Part shown: piece after piece, positions 12,612 to 25,077 of the stretch
Layout of the letters: the number at the start of each line of letters is the position of its first letter
How positions within the stretch are numbered: position 1 is the first letter of the stretch
The notes under the pieces: model-generated
What the model was told of the DNA's origin: nothing
Databases searched by the model: none
What the model saw: only the letters and a program-made list of their open reading frames with translations
From: Lama glama
Lineage: Eukaryota
Direction of reading: 5' to 3'
DNA: 64,000 nt
Assembly: GCA_028534125.1 (NCBI GenBank)
Contig: CM052832.1
Location: 17,176,001 to 17,240,000, forward strand
Made by a program: the position numbers and the translations under genes

Positions 12612-13553
12612 ATGGGCATGAACAATAGCAGTGCCAAAGACGACTTTATCCTAGTGGGCTTCTCTGATCAGCCCAACCTGGAAAAGATACTCTTTGTGGT
12701 TGTTTTGATATCCTATCTCCTGACGCTGGTGGGAAATACAATCATTATTCTCATCTCTTCCGTAGACCCTAAACTCAAAACACCCATGTACTTTTTCCTC
12801 ACTCACCTCTCCCTAGTTGATCTCTGCTTTACCACCAGTATTGTCCCCCAGCTGCTGTGGAACCTAAGAGGACCGGCCAAGACCATAACAGCCCTGGGCT
12901 GTGCTGTCCAGCTCTACGTCTCCCTGGCACTGGGCTCCACTGAGTGTGTTCTCCTGGCTGTCATGGCTTTCGATCGCTATGCGGCAGTTTGCAAACCTCT
13001 TCACTATGCAGCTGTGATGAACCCACGGCTCTGCCGGGCCCTGGCAGGGGTTGCGTGGCTGAGCGGAGTAGGAAACACTCTTATCCAGAGCACTGTCACC
13101 CTCTGGCTGCCTCGCTGTGGACAACAGTGGCTCCATCATTTCTTCTGTGAGGTGCCCTCAATGATTAAGCTTGCATGTGTGGACATCCACGCCAATGAGG
13201 TCCAGCTATTCATTGCTTCATTGGTCTTGCTCCTCTTGCCCTTAGCCCTGATATTGATGTCCTATGGACACATAGTCAAAGCAGTTATGAGGGTCAAGTC
13301 AGTCCAGGCCTGGCGCAAAGCTCTGGGGACATGTGGCTCCCACTTGCTGGTAGTGTCCCTCTTCTACGGGACCATCACAGCTGTCTACATCCAGCCCAAC
13401 AGCTCTTATGCCCACACGCATGGGAAATTCATCTCCCTCTTCTACACAGTAGTGACCCCAACTCTCAATCCTCTCATCTACACTCTGAGGAATAAGGATG
13501 TGAAAGGAGCACTGGGAAGACTATTTCACAAAGACAGAGACCAAGGCTCATAA
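12612..13553 (+). CDS. Olfactory receptor family 2 (OR2G-like), intact, 313 aa
   Basis: N-terminal NNS/NSS sequons, GN, TPMYFFL, MAFDRYAAVCKPLHY, FFCE...[33 protein letters not shown] splice acceptor lies 4 nt upstream of the ATG. Confidence 0.97.
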   Translation: MGMNNSSAKDDFILVGFSDQPNLEKILFVVVLISYLLTLVGNTIIILISSVDPKLKTPMYFFLTHLSLVDLCFTTSIVPQLLWNLRGPAKTITALGCAVQLYVSLALGSTECVLLAVMAFDRYAAVCKPLHYAAVMNPRLCRALAGVAWLSGVGNTLIQSTVTLWLPRCGQQWLHHFFCEVPSMIKLACVDIHANEVQLFIASLVLLLLPLALILMSYGHIVKAVMRVKSVQAWRKALGTCGSHLLVVSLFYGTITAVYIQPNSSYAHTHGKFISLFYTVVTPTLNPLIYTLRNKDVKGALGRLFHKDRDQGS

Positions 13554-13767
13554 AAAGTGAAGCAGAGCATACAGTGCTCAGTTTTTTAATGGCAAAAAGA
13601 AACTGAAGGTCATCTTGTATAAGCCTTCCCTCAAGAACTTTACTAATCTATAAGGGACACATGTAATCTTCACAGTCTGCATTCTTGTCTTTCGCTTGGC
13701 CTCAGAACTAGCTGTCTTCACCAACCTCTCTCCCAGGCTTCTTTTGAGCCTTCCCCCCCTTTTAAAC

Positions 13768-14040
13768 CTTTTATTTTATTTTATTTTATTTTAATTTATT
13801 TATTTTATTTTATATGACGTTTCTATTGAAGTATAGTCAGTTGACAATATTGTGTCAATTTCTGGTGTACAGCATAATGTTTCAGTCATACATATACATA
13901 CATAGATTCCTTTTCATATTCTTTTTTATTATAGTTTACTATCAGATATTGAATATAGTCCCCTGTGCTATACAGTAGAAACCTATCGTTTATCTATTTT
14001 ATATATAGCAGTTGATATCTGCAAATCGCAAACTCTCAAT
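13768..14040 (-). mobile_element. Short L1 3' end with (TTTTA)n tail
   Basis: (TTTTA)n at 13770-13812, then TATTGAAGTATAGTCAGTTGACAAT...CCCTGTGCTATACAGTAG, the artiodactyl-type L1 3' UTR also seen at 29770, 37240 and 47110. Confidence 0.85.
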
Positions 14041-14566
14041 TGGCCCTTTGTCAGGCAATATCTCCCCACACTCTTTAAATGTCTATTATTTATATTATTT
14101 CTGTTTCTTGCTCTCCCTTCCTGTGTTTTTCTTCAGCCTTCCTTCCTTTTTCCTATCGTCCATTCTATTTTTTCCATTGTTCTTTCCTTTTTTACCCCTA
14201 CCCTTCCTTCTTTTTTGTTGCTTCCTTTCATTTTCCACTTTCATTCTTTCTTTCCATTTACACGATGTGCTTAACAACTGCTTCCTTGGCTGCTTCTACA
14301 TTATATCCCTTCCTATCAGTATTATAACAATTCCTGGAAACAACTCTCTCTAAAATTAACTTCCCATTTATCGCAATAAAGAGCTTCCATTTGCCTGGTG
14401 GTGTACAGTGGAGAGATTAGACTAGAGAATTCGGATTTTAACTCCACAACTTCCTTTTGAGCTTGTGCAAGTTTTATTAAACTTTTTTGTATCCACATTT
14501 ACTTATGAGTAAAAAAGAATGAGCTTTATAATTATGTTGATTAAAAGACCAAAAAAGTAACGTAAG

Positions 14567-15134
14567 TGTAGCATAAGCTCTGACAGTTTTTTGTTTGGTT
14601 TTGGTTTTTTGTTTTTTGTAATGCAAGTGCCTGACTTAAGCTTTGATTTTGGAGGCATCCACTTTAAAGATGGCTATCTCAGAAAGACACACATGACTAA
14701 ATAAAGAGCAAATCACACGACTAGATGAAGAGCCAGGCTGTCCTCCCACCCCACCCCCTTAAATTCGTTTGTTTTAGAGAGCTTGGCTGATTTTACAAAA
14801 CTGACAATTTGGGCTGCTTGTTTCCTCTTCCTTCCCTTTTAATTCCCACTCTTACGGTTTCGTCAATAAAAAGGAACCCAGAAACCCCAGACCCCCATCT
14901 TCCACCCCAATAAAAGCAGAACCCCAGCCAGGCCTGACCTCTCTCTCTACCGGAGACCTTGCTGTAGCCCAGACTTGCGGCCTACCCCCCTGAACTTGTT
15001 AGTAATAAAACTTGTTCTTTTTCCAAAGTTCCCCAATGGCTATTGTTGAGGGCATCTTGCAGTCATAATAAGAACCACAAGGGCCAGTCCAGCGACAGCA
15101 TTGTTTATCGATAGACTGAGACCAGCACAAAACA
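14567..15134 (+). mobile_element. Solo LTR inserted into a MIR
   Basis: TGTAGC...AAAACA termini, with perfect 5-bp TSD GTAAG at 14562-14566 and 15135-15139. Several AATAAA motifs, and MIR-like sequence on both sides (about 14400-14566 and 15135-15170). Confidence 0.8.
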
Positions 15135-15479
15135 GTAAGTAAAGCACCTGCAAAAAGTGGTCAATAAATACCAATTAACATCTTTTCAATCTTCTGATCT
15201 GATCATAATATTCCCCCATCTGATCTAACATATGCTTATTACTTTCAATTGTACACAATAAAAATTCTTACCCAGTCAATAATTAATTACCCACTTATGT
15301 TTATATCTGAAGGAAATAAAATCACCTGAAAATATGGCAAAAATAAGTTAATCTTTTTTGTCTTTATAATATGGAAAAAACATATAGTTAATGTTCTCCA
15401 CTCACTTATAAAAACAAGTGACACTCTTGCTTTTAATGGTGACAACAGAGATGAAGCTTTTATTTCCAGAAGGACAGAT

Positions 15480-15700
15480 ATTCTAGTGTGGTAGTAAAGA
15501 GTGTGTGAACTCAAAGAGGCCAAAGTTTGTGTCCTGTCTCCATCATTTATTTCCCAGCTGCATAACTGCAGGTAAATCACTTAACATGTCTAACCCTCAT
15601 TTTCTCCATTTCTAAAATGAGGACAACTTCCGAGCTTTGTTGTATTTTAAGAGAATTGTTAGAAGGCATATAGTAAGAACTTGGTAAATGTCAGTTATCA
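15480..15700 (+). mobile_element. MIR SINE fragment
   Basis: TAGTGTGGTAGTAAAGAG...AGCTGCATAACTGCAGGTAAATCACTTAAC...CCTCATTTTCTCCATTTCTAAAATGAGG. Confidence 0.65.
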
Positions 15701-18039
15701 TTAAAAAACTCTGCTGATCTCAGTGATAATTGTGGTGTCAGACTGAGTGGCTTTGATGGTGAATATATATATATGTGTGTGTGTTTTCCAGGCATAAATC
15801 AAAAATTACATAGGTAGTCACAAGTCATTATTAATATTCTACTAAGTTCACTTGTGATGATCAGATGAGTTCTGCTTTTGACATCAAACTAGGCATGTTG
15901 GCTAGTTGTTTCATTTAAACATGGATTTTTTCATAGACAAGCCAATAGCAGTTAGCCTACTGTGATCTAATGATTGCAGTTCAATTATAATATTTAGTTC
16001 TTGCTTTGATTTCTGTGGTTTCCCATTCCCAGAGTCTGGGGGAAAATGTATTCCTCATGTAAACTCAGAATGAAGAGATCCCTGTCCAAGCATCATAGCA
16101 CACCTCACGTTTAGGCATATAGTTCCCCTCCTACCCTACAAGCTGGACTCACCCACTACGACAGTATCAGATGAGGTTCTGATTGGCAAGTTTCTCCTGA
16201 AAAGCTGTACCGGCATAATCCATTACTCACCTGTATAATTATCCATATTTTTGTTTTTTCTTTTATTTAGTTTTTATGACTATGTTATCTCTTTTCCCCT
16301 ACTATCCTCACAGTTACCCTTTTTAACTTTCACAGCATTACTAAATTTCTCACATTAAAACTAAATAAGAAATTTATATTAAGGAAAACAAACCTGTAAT
16401 CTCTGCCCTTTAAGAACTTCCCTTAAGATGAAAACATGTGTACAAAGAACTGGTGAGTTGAGTCATAAATCAACATACCAGCAGTTTATTCACTGTTCAC
16501 TCAATCAGTAATAATTCATGCACCACTGTATGTTTATCACTGTGAAGAATTAGAACATCCTAGCATTACTGACAAAAAATACATAGTACTCCCATAAAAT
16601 ATATTCCATGATTTATGAAACAAAAACCAATTCAAGGTCATAATAAAATAAAACAAGAGGACAAGTATACTGAATATCTATGTGTTTGAGAAATTCATAG
16701 TAAAGGATAAATCTACTGACTACTGAGTAGTATATTTGAAGGAAGAGATAAAATTACAAGTAGATGTAGAGTCAAGAAAGTTGCTTTCCAGGTAAGAATG
16801 TCCTGAATGCGCTAAGGCTCTGAGCGCATCATCTTTGAAGGACAGAAATCAGGTCATCGGCTTCTAATGATATATATAGGGAATAAAAATAATATGGCAC
16901 CTTACACGTTTATAACTGCATAAATTGTTACTGAATAAAAAGTTAAGGTGCACATTTTCACGCTTAACACATATTTTCTGTTATTTTATCCTCATAACCA
17001 GCTGTCTAAATGGATTTTTTAGAAAAAAGAGTTTTGATTAAGCATAGCAAATTGACAAAAATACTTATTCCCTTTCCTTTCTAAAAAACCATAAAAACTG
17101 TATTAAATACAAAATTGTGTGAATCTGGAAGGATAAATAGAACTGGAGGGGAACTGAGAGCAGAGAAGAGATCAATAAACTTTTGGAAGATAGGAACTAG
17201 ATGGAAGGTAGTAAAAGACTTAAAGAAACCCAAAAAAGGATAACACCTAACTGCTTTTAAAGTATTGGGAGGCAGAGAAAAACAGCCAGTAAGAACAAGG
17301 GCAATTTGTACAGCAGAGCCCTGGAGTAGCAATGGAAACTTAGGAAAGGAAACATTGGGAATCTTAGAAGGCAGATTGCAGACGAGGCTAAATCAGAACA
17401 ACTGAGAAATCTGCCTAAAAAGTGGACAGACATCCCCTACTATCCCACACAACCAGATGAAGGATTTTCTGATATCAAAGCAGATAAAAGAAGTGGACAC
17501 CCTTAGAAAAGTTAGATTGGAGAGCCTCACCAGGCCTGGGTAAGATGTGACTGTGGTGCCACCCCGAAAGCAAGGAATTCTGTTAGGTGCCACACACAGC
17601 ATCCTTCCCCGCAATTTTTCCTCATTCTGCTCCCAGAACACTGGCCAGCCTTATACCTCTCTAGGCAGGAAAATAAAGTTCTTCTTGTGGAGATCCTAGG
17701 CGGCCTTTACAAAAAGACCAAAAATGTATGACATTTGTGTTATTCCAATGAGATGCCTTGATCATCCTATCCACATCTATCAACAAGCTTTACCCAAGCA
17801 CACAGCATTTCCAGTCAGTTTTCTAGGGAATGCATCGCCTCACCTCTGAGTGAAGCCTCTAGCACAGAAGGACAAAAATAAACGGAGGGGGGAAAAACAA
17901 GAGAAGAAAGACGTGTAAGAAACAGAATAAAAAACAGTAAAAATCCTTATAATTGATATACTTAATGAAGGTTCATGAAACAAACAAAAAAACAGAACTT
18001 AAAAGCAGAATGTCTATGCACAGGAAAAGCCTAAATTCG

Positions 18040-18520
18040 TACAGCTGCCTCTCCTGACTTCATCTCCCATAACTCCTCTCTTGACACACTCTGCTCCGCC
18101 CTGCTGGTCTCCCTACTGTTATTAAAATACACCGATATCCTTCGGCTCTGAGACTCTTCTCTGGCTGGAATGCTTTATCCCAGATACCTGCTTAGTTAAC
18201 TTCTTCCCCTCCTTCAATTATTTAAAACTCACTTTCTCAAGAAAAGATCTCCTGACCACTCTGCTTGATTCCACCGTCTGTCCACCTCACCCGCCTAATA
18301 CTCTTTACCCTACTCTGTGGATTCTTCCATCCAGGGCACTTCTCATCCTCTGACAGATGACACAGTGTCATTTGTTAGGCTTATTATTTATTATCTACCC
18401 TCTTCCCCTAAAATTTTGACTTCAGAGAGACAAGGATCTTTGTTGTTCACTGATGTTTCCCAAGTACACAGAGCAATATCTGGCACTCATAGCACTAAAT
18501 GAGTATTTTTGAAAATGCTG
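18040..18520 (+). mobile_element. L2 LINE 3' fragment
   Basis: Pyrimidine-rich L2-like text (CTCTGCTCC...TTCTCTGGCTGGAATGCT...TTGTTCACTGATGTTTCCCAAG...CTGGCAC...) ending in an L2-like tail. Confidence 0.6.
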
Positions 18521-18859
18521 AATTAATCTGTAAATATTCAAGAAGCTGCCAGATAAAAATCTAAAAAGCAAAATGTGTTTTCTTTGTAATAATAGGAAAT
18601 AGAGGTAGAGAGGGAGTGGGATGCTAGCTGCTGGTTTGTTTGTTTGTTTTCAGTCTATGTAGAACTATTTGACTTTAAATCATTTACATATATATTACTT
18701 TGAGAGATAAATTTAAATTGAAAAAATCAAGTTTAAAAATAAAGAGATACATATTAAGGAAAATTTGGTTAACGTAAAATGTTGGTTTATTTAATTTCAG
18801 GCTTTAAGTGCAATTTTTTCATAGTTGCAATCACATTCTACTTGTACTCCTCAGGAATC

Positions 18860-19500
18860 CTCCATGAAGGACACCGTAGTTGTGGTGGTGTTTTGTCTTC
18901 ATTATTGTTAAAAGTTTAGAAAATGTAAAAAGTCTAAAACAAGAAATACACATAATAAGATTATTCATAAGGCAAACAAATCTCTTTTCCACTCCTAACT
19001 CCACATCTCCACTCTCTACTCTTCCTGAGATATTCCGTATACATACATGTGGGGTATTTGCAAGTGTGTTTTTGTAAGTATATATATATGTGTATATATA
19101 TATGTAGATATCTGTTGACAGGTGGATAGATAACATCTTGTGTTATCAGTACTCTCCTGTAACTTTTTTCTCCTTAAGTATATGTACCTTAGAGATCATT
19201 CCAATTTTGTAGCTATAGACTTGCCTCATTAACTTTAATAAACACATAATATTACTTTGCGAGGACATGCTTAACAACTTCAGGACTGGTGGGCACTTTT
19301 GATGTTTGTGGCCGTTTGCTAGTGCAGCAGTGCTGCAGTAAGGTCTTGTATACCCGTCTCTGCATGCATACGTGAGAGTACCTGTCCAGGTGAGTGTCTA
19401 GAAATGGAATTGCTGAGCCAACAGACACATGCATTTTCACATATGGTATATAACTCTAAGATGCTCTTGAAAAAGGCTAAAGCAAAGTAGCTTTTCAAAA
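18860..19500 (-). mobile_element. Old L1 (L1MC/ME-type) fragment
   Basis: GGGCACTTTTGATGTTT...TGCTGCAGTAAGGTCTTG...CTAGAAATGGAATTGCTGAG, typical of the L1 ORF2 end / 3' UTR on the minus strand. Confidence 0.55.
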
Positions 19501-22500
19501 TGGTATAAAATCATACATTAGAAAGACTACTTTTGCAGCTATACATAGTTGTCCTGTTTTTCTCAGAATAGCATATGTAAAGGGTAATTTTACCTATTTA
19601 ATAATCTACATTGTAAAAATTATCTTGACAACCACTAAAGTCTTGTTGAAATTGGCTTGGTTTCCTCTGAGATGACTCTCCAAACTGAGAGTCATGCCCA
19701 AAGTTTGTATTTTATTAGAAACATTTTCCTGATTGTTTTTGAGGTTCTCTCACCTTCCAGTCCCCTGGTTCTTCTCTCCTGGACATGTTGGCGGCAACAG
19801 ATGTTAATTATACTGAATCTCAGAGGTTTAAATGGAAGGATGGGACCATGTTAGTAACGGCTTGAAAAGTCATGGGAGAGCTCCCTGTGGATGGATCTAT
19901 GGATTCTATGGGTAGCCATAAATTGGAGTTCATTTCTTGAAGTTGACCCCTCAGCAGGTCAGAGGGAGCCTGGTTGATATTCTGCAGAATTGAGAAGAAG
20001 CTTAAACAGAAAACTAGTGTCTGAGTGTTATGTTTGCGGCACAGGTCAGTCTTCGTAACTCCCCATCTCTTTGTCACAAACTGAACAACTGATGAATTAC
20101 AACCCAGCATCAGGTAAATGCAGAAGGGATTTGGGGAGGGAACGATAGTAAAAGCCAAAGGTCACCTTGCGTTGTCATCAGTTGCTTCATAAAGTGGAGT
20201 AAAGGGAGCATTTAGGGGTGGAAACTTAAAGTATTTTTTTTTAATTTAAAAAGCTTGATTCCACAGCTGCCTATGTGTTTGTGAGAACAATGAAATTATG
20301 AAGTGTTCTGACCTAGGATTCAAAATCTTGTATTATTCAAAACTTTGCTTTTGAATTTTCTAGATTTGTATACTTGGGCAAGTCCTGTAACTTCTTGGTG
20401 TCTCAGTTTCCTCTCTTCTATCATTAAAAAGATCATTTTTACTTTAGAGGATTATTATGAGAACAAAGAAAACATACATGTAAGGAGAATTGTACATGAA
20501 TACAAAAGCAAATGTATGTATGTAATTATATATGTTTATGGAAAGTTTGATAAGAACATTCTGATGTTTCTAAATCCTTGGAATACATTTTTTTTTATTA
20601 TGAGGAAAGCTATGGGAAAATACAAATTTACTATAAGTGCTATTTACCTTTGGGACCTTGTGTTTCACTGAAATATGTTTAGGTGTGCCTTTTATCACTT
20701 CTCTAGATTAAAACTGCTATTTGCATTCCAAAGTTTGTGGCTAATAAGATGTTGATTTGGTGTAGAAGCCAGTTGACCTCTGAAAACCCTACCATTCAAA
20801 CAAATCAAAGATTGTTTAAATCTATCACATAAAGAAATCCAGTAGACAGAGAGCATGGCTTTGAAATTAACAACAGAGATCCTCAGACAGTAGCATTTAG
20901 AAGAAATATCTAAAGTGAATCAGAGGTAAAATGAACACTTAAATATTGGTTCTATTTTGTCTTAACATAGCATAACAGAATCATGCTTACAAAGCTGTCA
21001 ACGAGTGTATCAGGATGTAAACATCTAAAATAATGGGCCCCATGTTTCCTTAAGTCACATATTCCGAAGCTTCTTTCTTGCTGCCCTTTCATTCCTTTGC
21101 ACACCCAGCTCCATTTTTTCACCCTCTGGGGGACTCATCAGCTTTTTCTTTACCTTCCTATTTAGACAAATTAAGTCTACTAATCCCATAATTTTCATGT
21201 ACAACCAGAGAGGCAAGAACTCCCCACAGTCCTTTCCAGGCAAATAAACTGAATTACTGCATTTGGTCTCACCCCTTTAATCTTTATAGCCAATTTTTTT
21301 TTCTTTTTCTCTCTCTTCACATATTTAGGAAACTCTTATTTAACTAACCATCTGAAATGTACTAGACAGATGATTATTCTCTTTATATATTTCTTTTTTC
21401 TTCATTTTTTTCCCTCTTAACTCTATTTTCTGAGTTTATCTATTGCTATCATTTCATCATCACTCATTTTACCGCTGTTTTTATAATCTTCAATGTTTAG
21501 TCATGCTATCATGTATTCTGAAAACCAATAATACATGCTACATATTCATCTTTAATACCTTTACTGTTCCCCTGAAGTAAGTATGTGATTTGATTTTTAT
21601 TCATAACAGTCCAAGCTTATCTCAGAGACTTACAGTATGCTGTGTCCATTTGGAGAGACGCCATAGAAAACAATAAAGATTGTGAAATCACATGGCAGTA
21701 ATCTTTGCAAGGCAGGAGAAGAAATTCAGCTTTCTTGAGATTTAGAAAAATATTATCTGAGTCTGGGTAACTAAATCATGGGATCTTGAGTCTTTGTTTA
21801 GCAAGAAAGTAATACACATAGGATGAATTCTGTAACTGTTTCTTTTAGGATTCTAATTGGATAAGAAGTTACTTGCATATTTATTAAGGGACATTCTTTT
21901 GTAAAGTAACCCTGCAATGCAAGAGTGATTTTTCTTTGACCAAAATAGATTAGGCAAAATTTGGTCAGAAATTAGGTATGAAGATAAAGTTATTTCTTAA
22001 TGTTGAATCATAATACTTTTTTTTTTATTTCTATAATAACCCTCTAATCAACTGACAATGATATCTGTCCCATTTCTTTGGGAATATAATATAATATAAA
22101 ACATAATCATATTTCCAAGACTCTACTCCTAAAGTCTCACTACTATAGGATAAGAAATGGGAGAAGAAAAGAAATTGGATAAGACCAGTTTTGAATGAAG
22201 AGTGTTATTTTAAATATAAGAAATGATAGGGTTTATTAAAGAGGAAGTCTCAAGAAAATAATCAACTTAATTTTCCACAGAAGGTTACAGGGACTTGGAA
22301 ATTTCCAGAAGCATTCTTATATCATTTTACCATGTAAGTGTTCCTACTGGTATTTCAACTACTGCTTATATTTCTCTTAACATTATATATTGTGTAGTTT
22401 TTTTGTTTAGTTTACAAAGCAAATTTATATCCAGTTGTCATGAAAGCAGTATGGAGTTTATATGCAAGTATTTTGATTCTTATTCTCTAGGTAAACAAAT

Positions 22501-25077
22501 CTAGTCACAAGTGTAGGAAGTGACATCTTCAAAGTCCATTGATTTTAGTGAGTAAAATAAATGTATTTATTGTTTGGTTAGTTACATAATTTTGAGAATT
22601 AGCAGTTAAACCCTTCAAATGTTTGCATTAAGAGTATAGCAGGACATACTTAAACTCTGCTTTGTTTGAGGGGCTTGGAATGGAAAAGTAAATGATGTAG
22701 GTAGGTTCAATTGTGATGAAATATCAATAAAACAAATTGAGATCATTAAAAAGAAATAATAAAATGAAGATGCTAACATAATCTAACATATAAGAACACC
22801 GGAGGGAAGAGTTTCACAGTTGTTGGCTTCAACTGAATCGAAATTAATTAAAATGTAGTAAATACTTACCAGGTACTTTTGCTTCTATAAGTCACATGCT
22901 TACTCTTAAAGAGTATATAATCAATCTGATTAGGAAAATAGGCCAGATACAGAAACAGAAAAAGATTATATGATAAAATATAGAGTGTATCATAAGACAA
23001 TTATCAATAAATGTTCTGGAGGATTAGTAAAGAGTGAGAGCAGGAAATACTGAAGAATACTTGTACTTGATATTGTCCTTACAGGATAGATAGCAAAAAT
23101 AGTGTTTCACATCAACATAAACACAAGAGAGAAGGTAAATAGTTTAACTGGACTAATGGATATGTTTGCATGGTTTGAACCATTATTACATGAGATCTTA
23201 AATCGAAGGCTGCATTTGAATATAATGTGCTACAATAGGGAGATCCACTGCAGAGTTCTGAGCTGAGAATTCTTGGGCACAATCGGATTTGAACTAAGGA
23301 AAGACTGTTCTCTGAACATACTAGGATGCTTTGAAGATGAGCCAGCAATTGTGAGTGAGGAGACCACTTTGAAAGCTAGAACCATGAAACACTAAACCAT
23401 TTTCTCTGTCTGTTTTAATGTTTCTGTGTAGATATAGACTTAATGGATAGATGTTTGAGACAATGTTAGAGAAAAATTGGTCCAGTTTGACAACTTGGAT
23501 GACACAAGGCAATTGTAATTCAAAGATAGCTATTCGATTCTGAGTAGCAAAAGAATTGTAATTTTATAACTAAAGCAAAGAAATTAGAAGTGTTGAGATG
23601 GATGGATAAGGAGCTCTGTTTTAGATTTAATGGCTCTGACATTTGACTATGAGGCAAGCACTCCTATCATTTCTCACGATCACTCACTCCCCCCAAGTTG
23701 TCTAATTCCACAACTCAATGACACCAAAGTAAAAAATAGACCTGGCCAACTAAATCCGCTAATCCTATACATTAGGAGCACAAGAAGAACATAATGTAAG
23801 GCCAACTAAGAGGATCAGAAAAACAAGGAATCAGAAGTTTCAGGGCTGTTTTCCTAGCAGCCGCATCATGTTTACTATCCCTCAGTATTTATTAATTATT
23901 TCTTTGTTACAAATACTATTATACACTGCATATAGATACACAAAAAGAAGAAAAATCCAATATTTTAGAGAATTCACAATTTGGGAAATAAATAATTGAT
24001 GATAGTTATTGAATTATTAGCATATAAAAATAATTGAGTTATATACACAATTTACATTAAGATTTTAAAGAATTAAAAAGTTAATCATTGGAGTTATCCT
24101 TCAGAAATGTTATAGTAAAGGAATTGTGTAATTTGGAAGGGGAAGAGCTGGATAGAAGCACCTCAGATGGTAGAAACAGTATAACTAATGAGCAAGAAAT
24201 AAAAATAAGGAAGGGGGGGAAATGTTTTCATTTATATGTGCTAATGATTATCTTGAAGTGTTAGGAATTTGTATACATCCCCAAATTTCAAGAAGCCTTT
24301 GAAACTCTTTCTTTCACTCAGAGGTTAAAAGTTCATCAAATGTATTTAGATATCTTTAAAACAGCATTTCACAACAGGCAAGTTTCTAAGGTTTGATTGT
24401 TTTGTGTGTGTTAATCTTGTTTGAATTTTTTGTTTCTTTCCCTATTTTAAATTTTCTTAATAGCATCAGCACTAATGCTTGGGAGGGGTAAAAGGAGTCC
24501 TGATACTCCATCCTTTCACTGTGCAAAATTCGTGACGTGCTCCAGTTGCCATGATGTTTCTGAGCAGAGTCAGCTTGAGGAAGACGAAAATGCCAAGATG
24601 CCTTGGCTCCCCCTCAGCTGCTGATCCACCTGCCTTCTTCATGCTGTCCCTTGTTCAACCTGTATTTGGGAAGCTTTGCCTTCCCCCAATCTATTTTAAT
24701 CTGTCTTCTGTTGTTTCCGTTAAATATTCATGACAGGGTTGATGGTAGTTCTGTTGAAACTTTTTAAAAGAGAAGACATTGAAATCCAAAGGAATGATAG
24801 CTAACCAGAAGACACTCACTAAGTAAGGAAGATTTCCCAACTTGCTACTTGCTAGTATTCTTTTTATTCTTTTCTTGACAATCTTTCAATATCACATAGA
24901 TAATGTTGGCTCAACATTTTACAAAAATTGGGATAAAGGATGCAGATTACAGCAAAAATGAGAGTTTCATCACAACATCTCTGATCCTTAATTCTCAGTG
25001 GCTTCCTTTTACCATCAATACCCATCCCTTGATAGGTATTTAGAGGTCTCAGCTGGAATTTCCCCATCAGTGCCAAT

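Noticed and set aside
14012..14353. Phe/Leu/Ser-rich ORFs (also 39029-39355)
   Set aside because: These are low-complexity pyrimidine or purine tracts, with no coding evidence.
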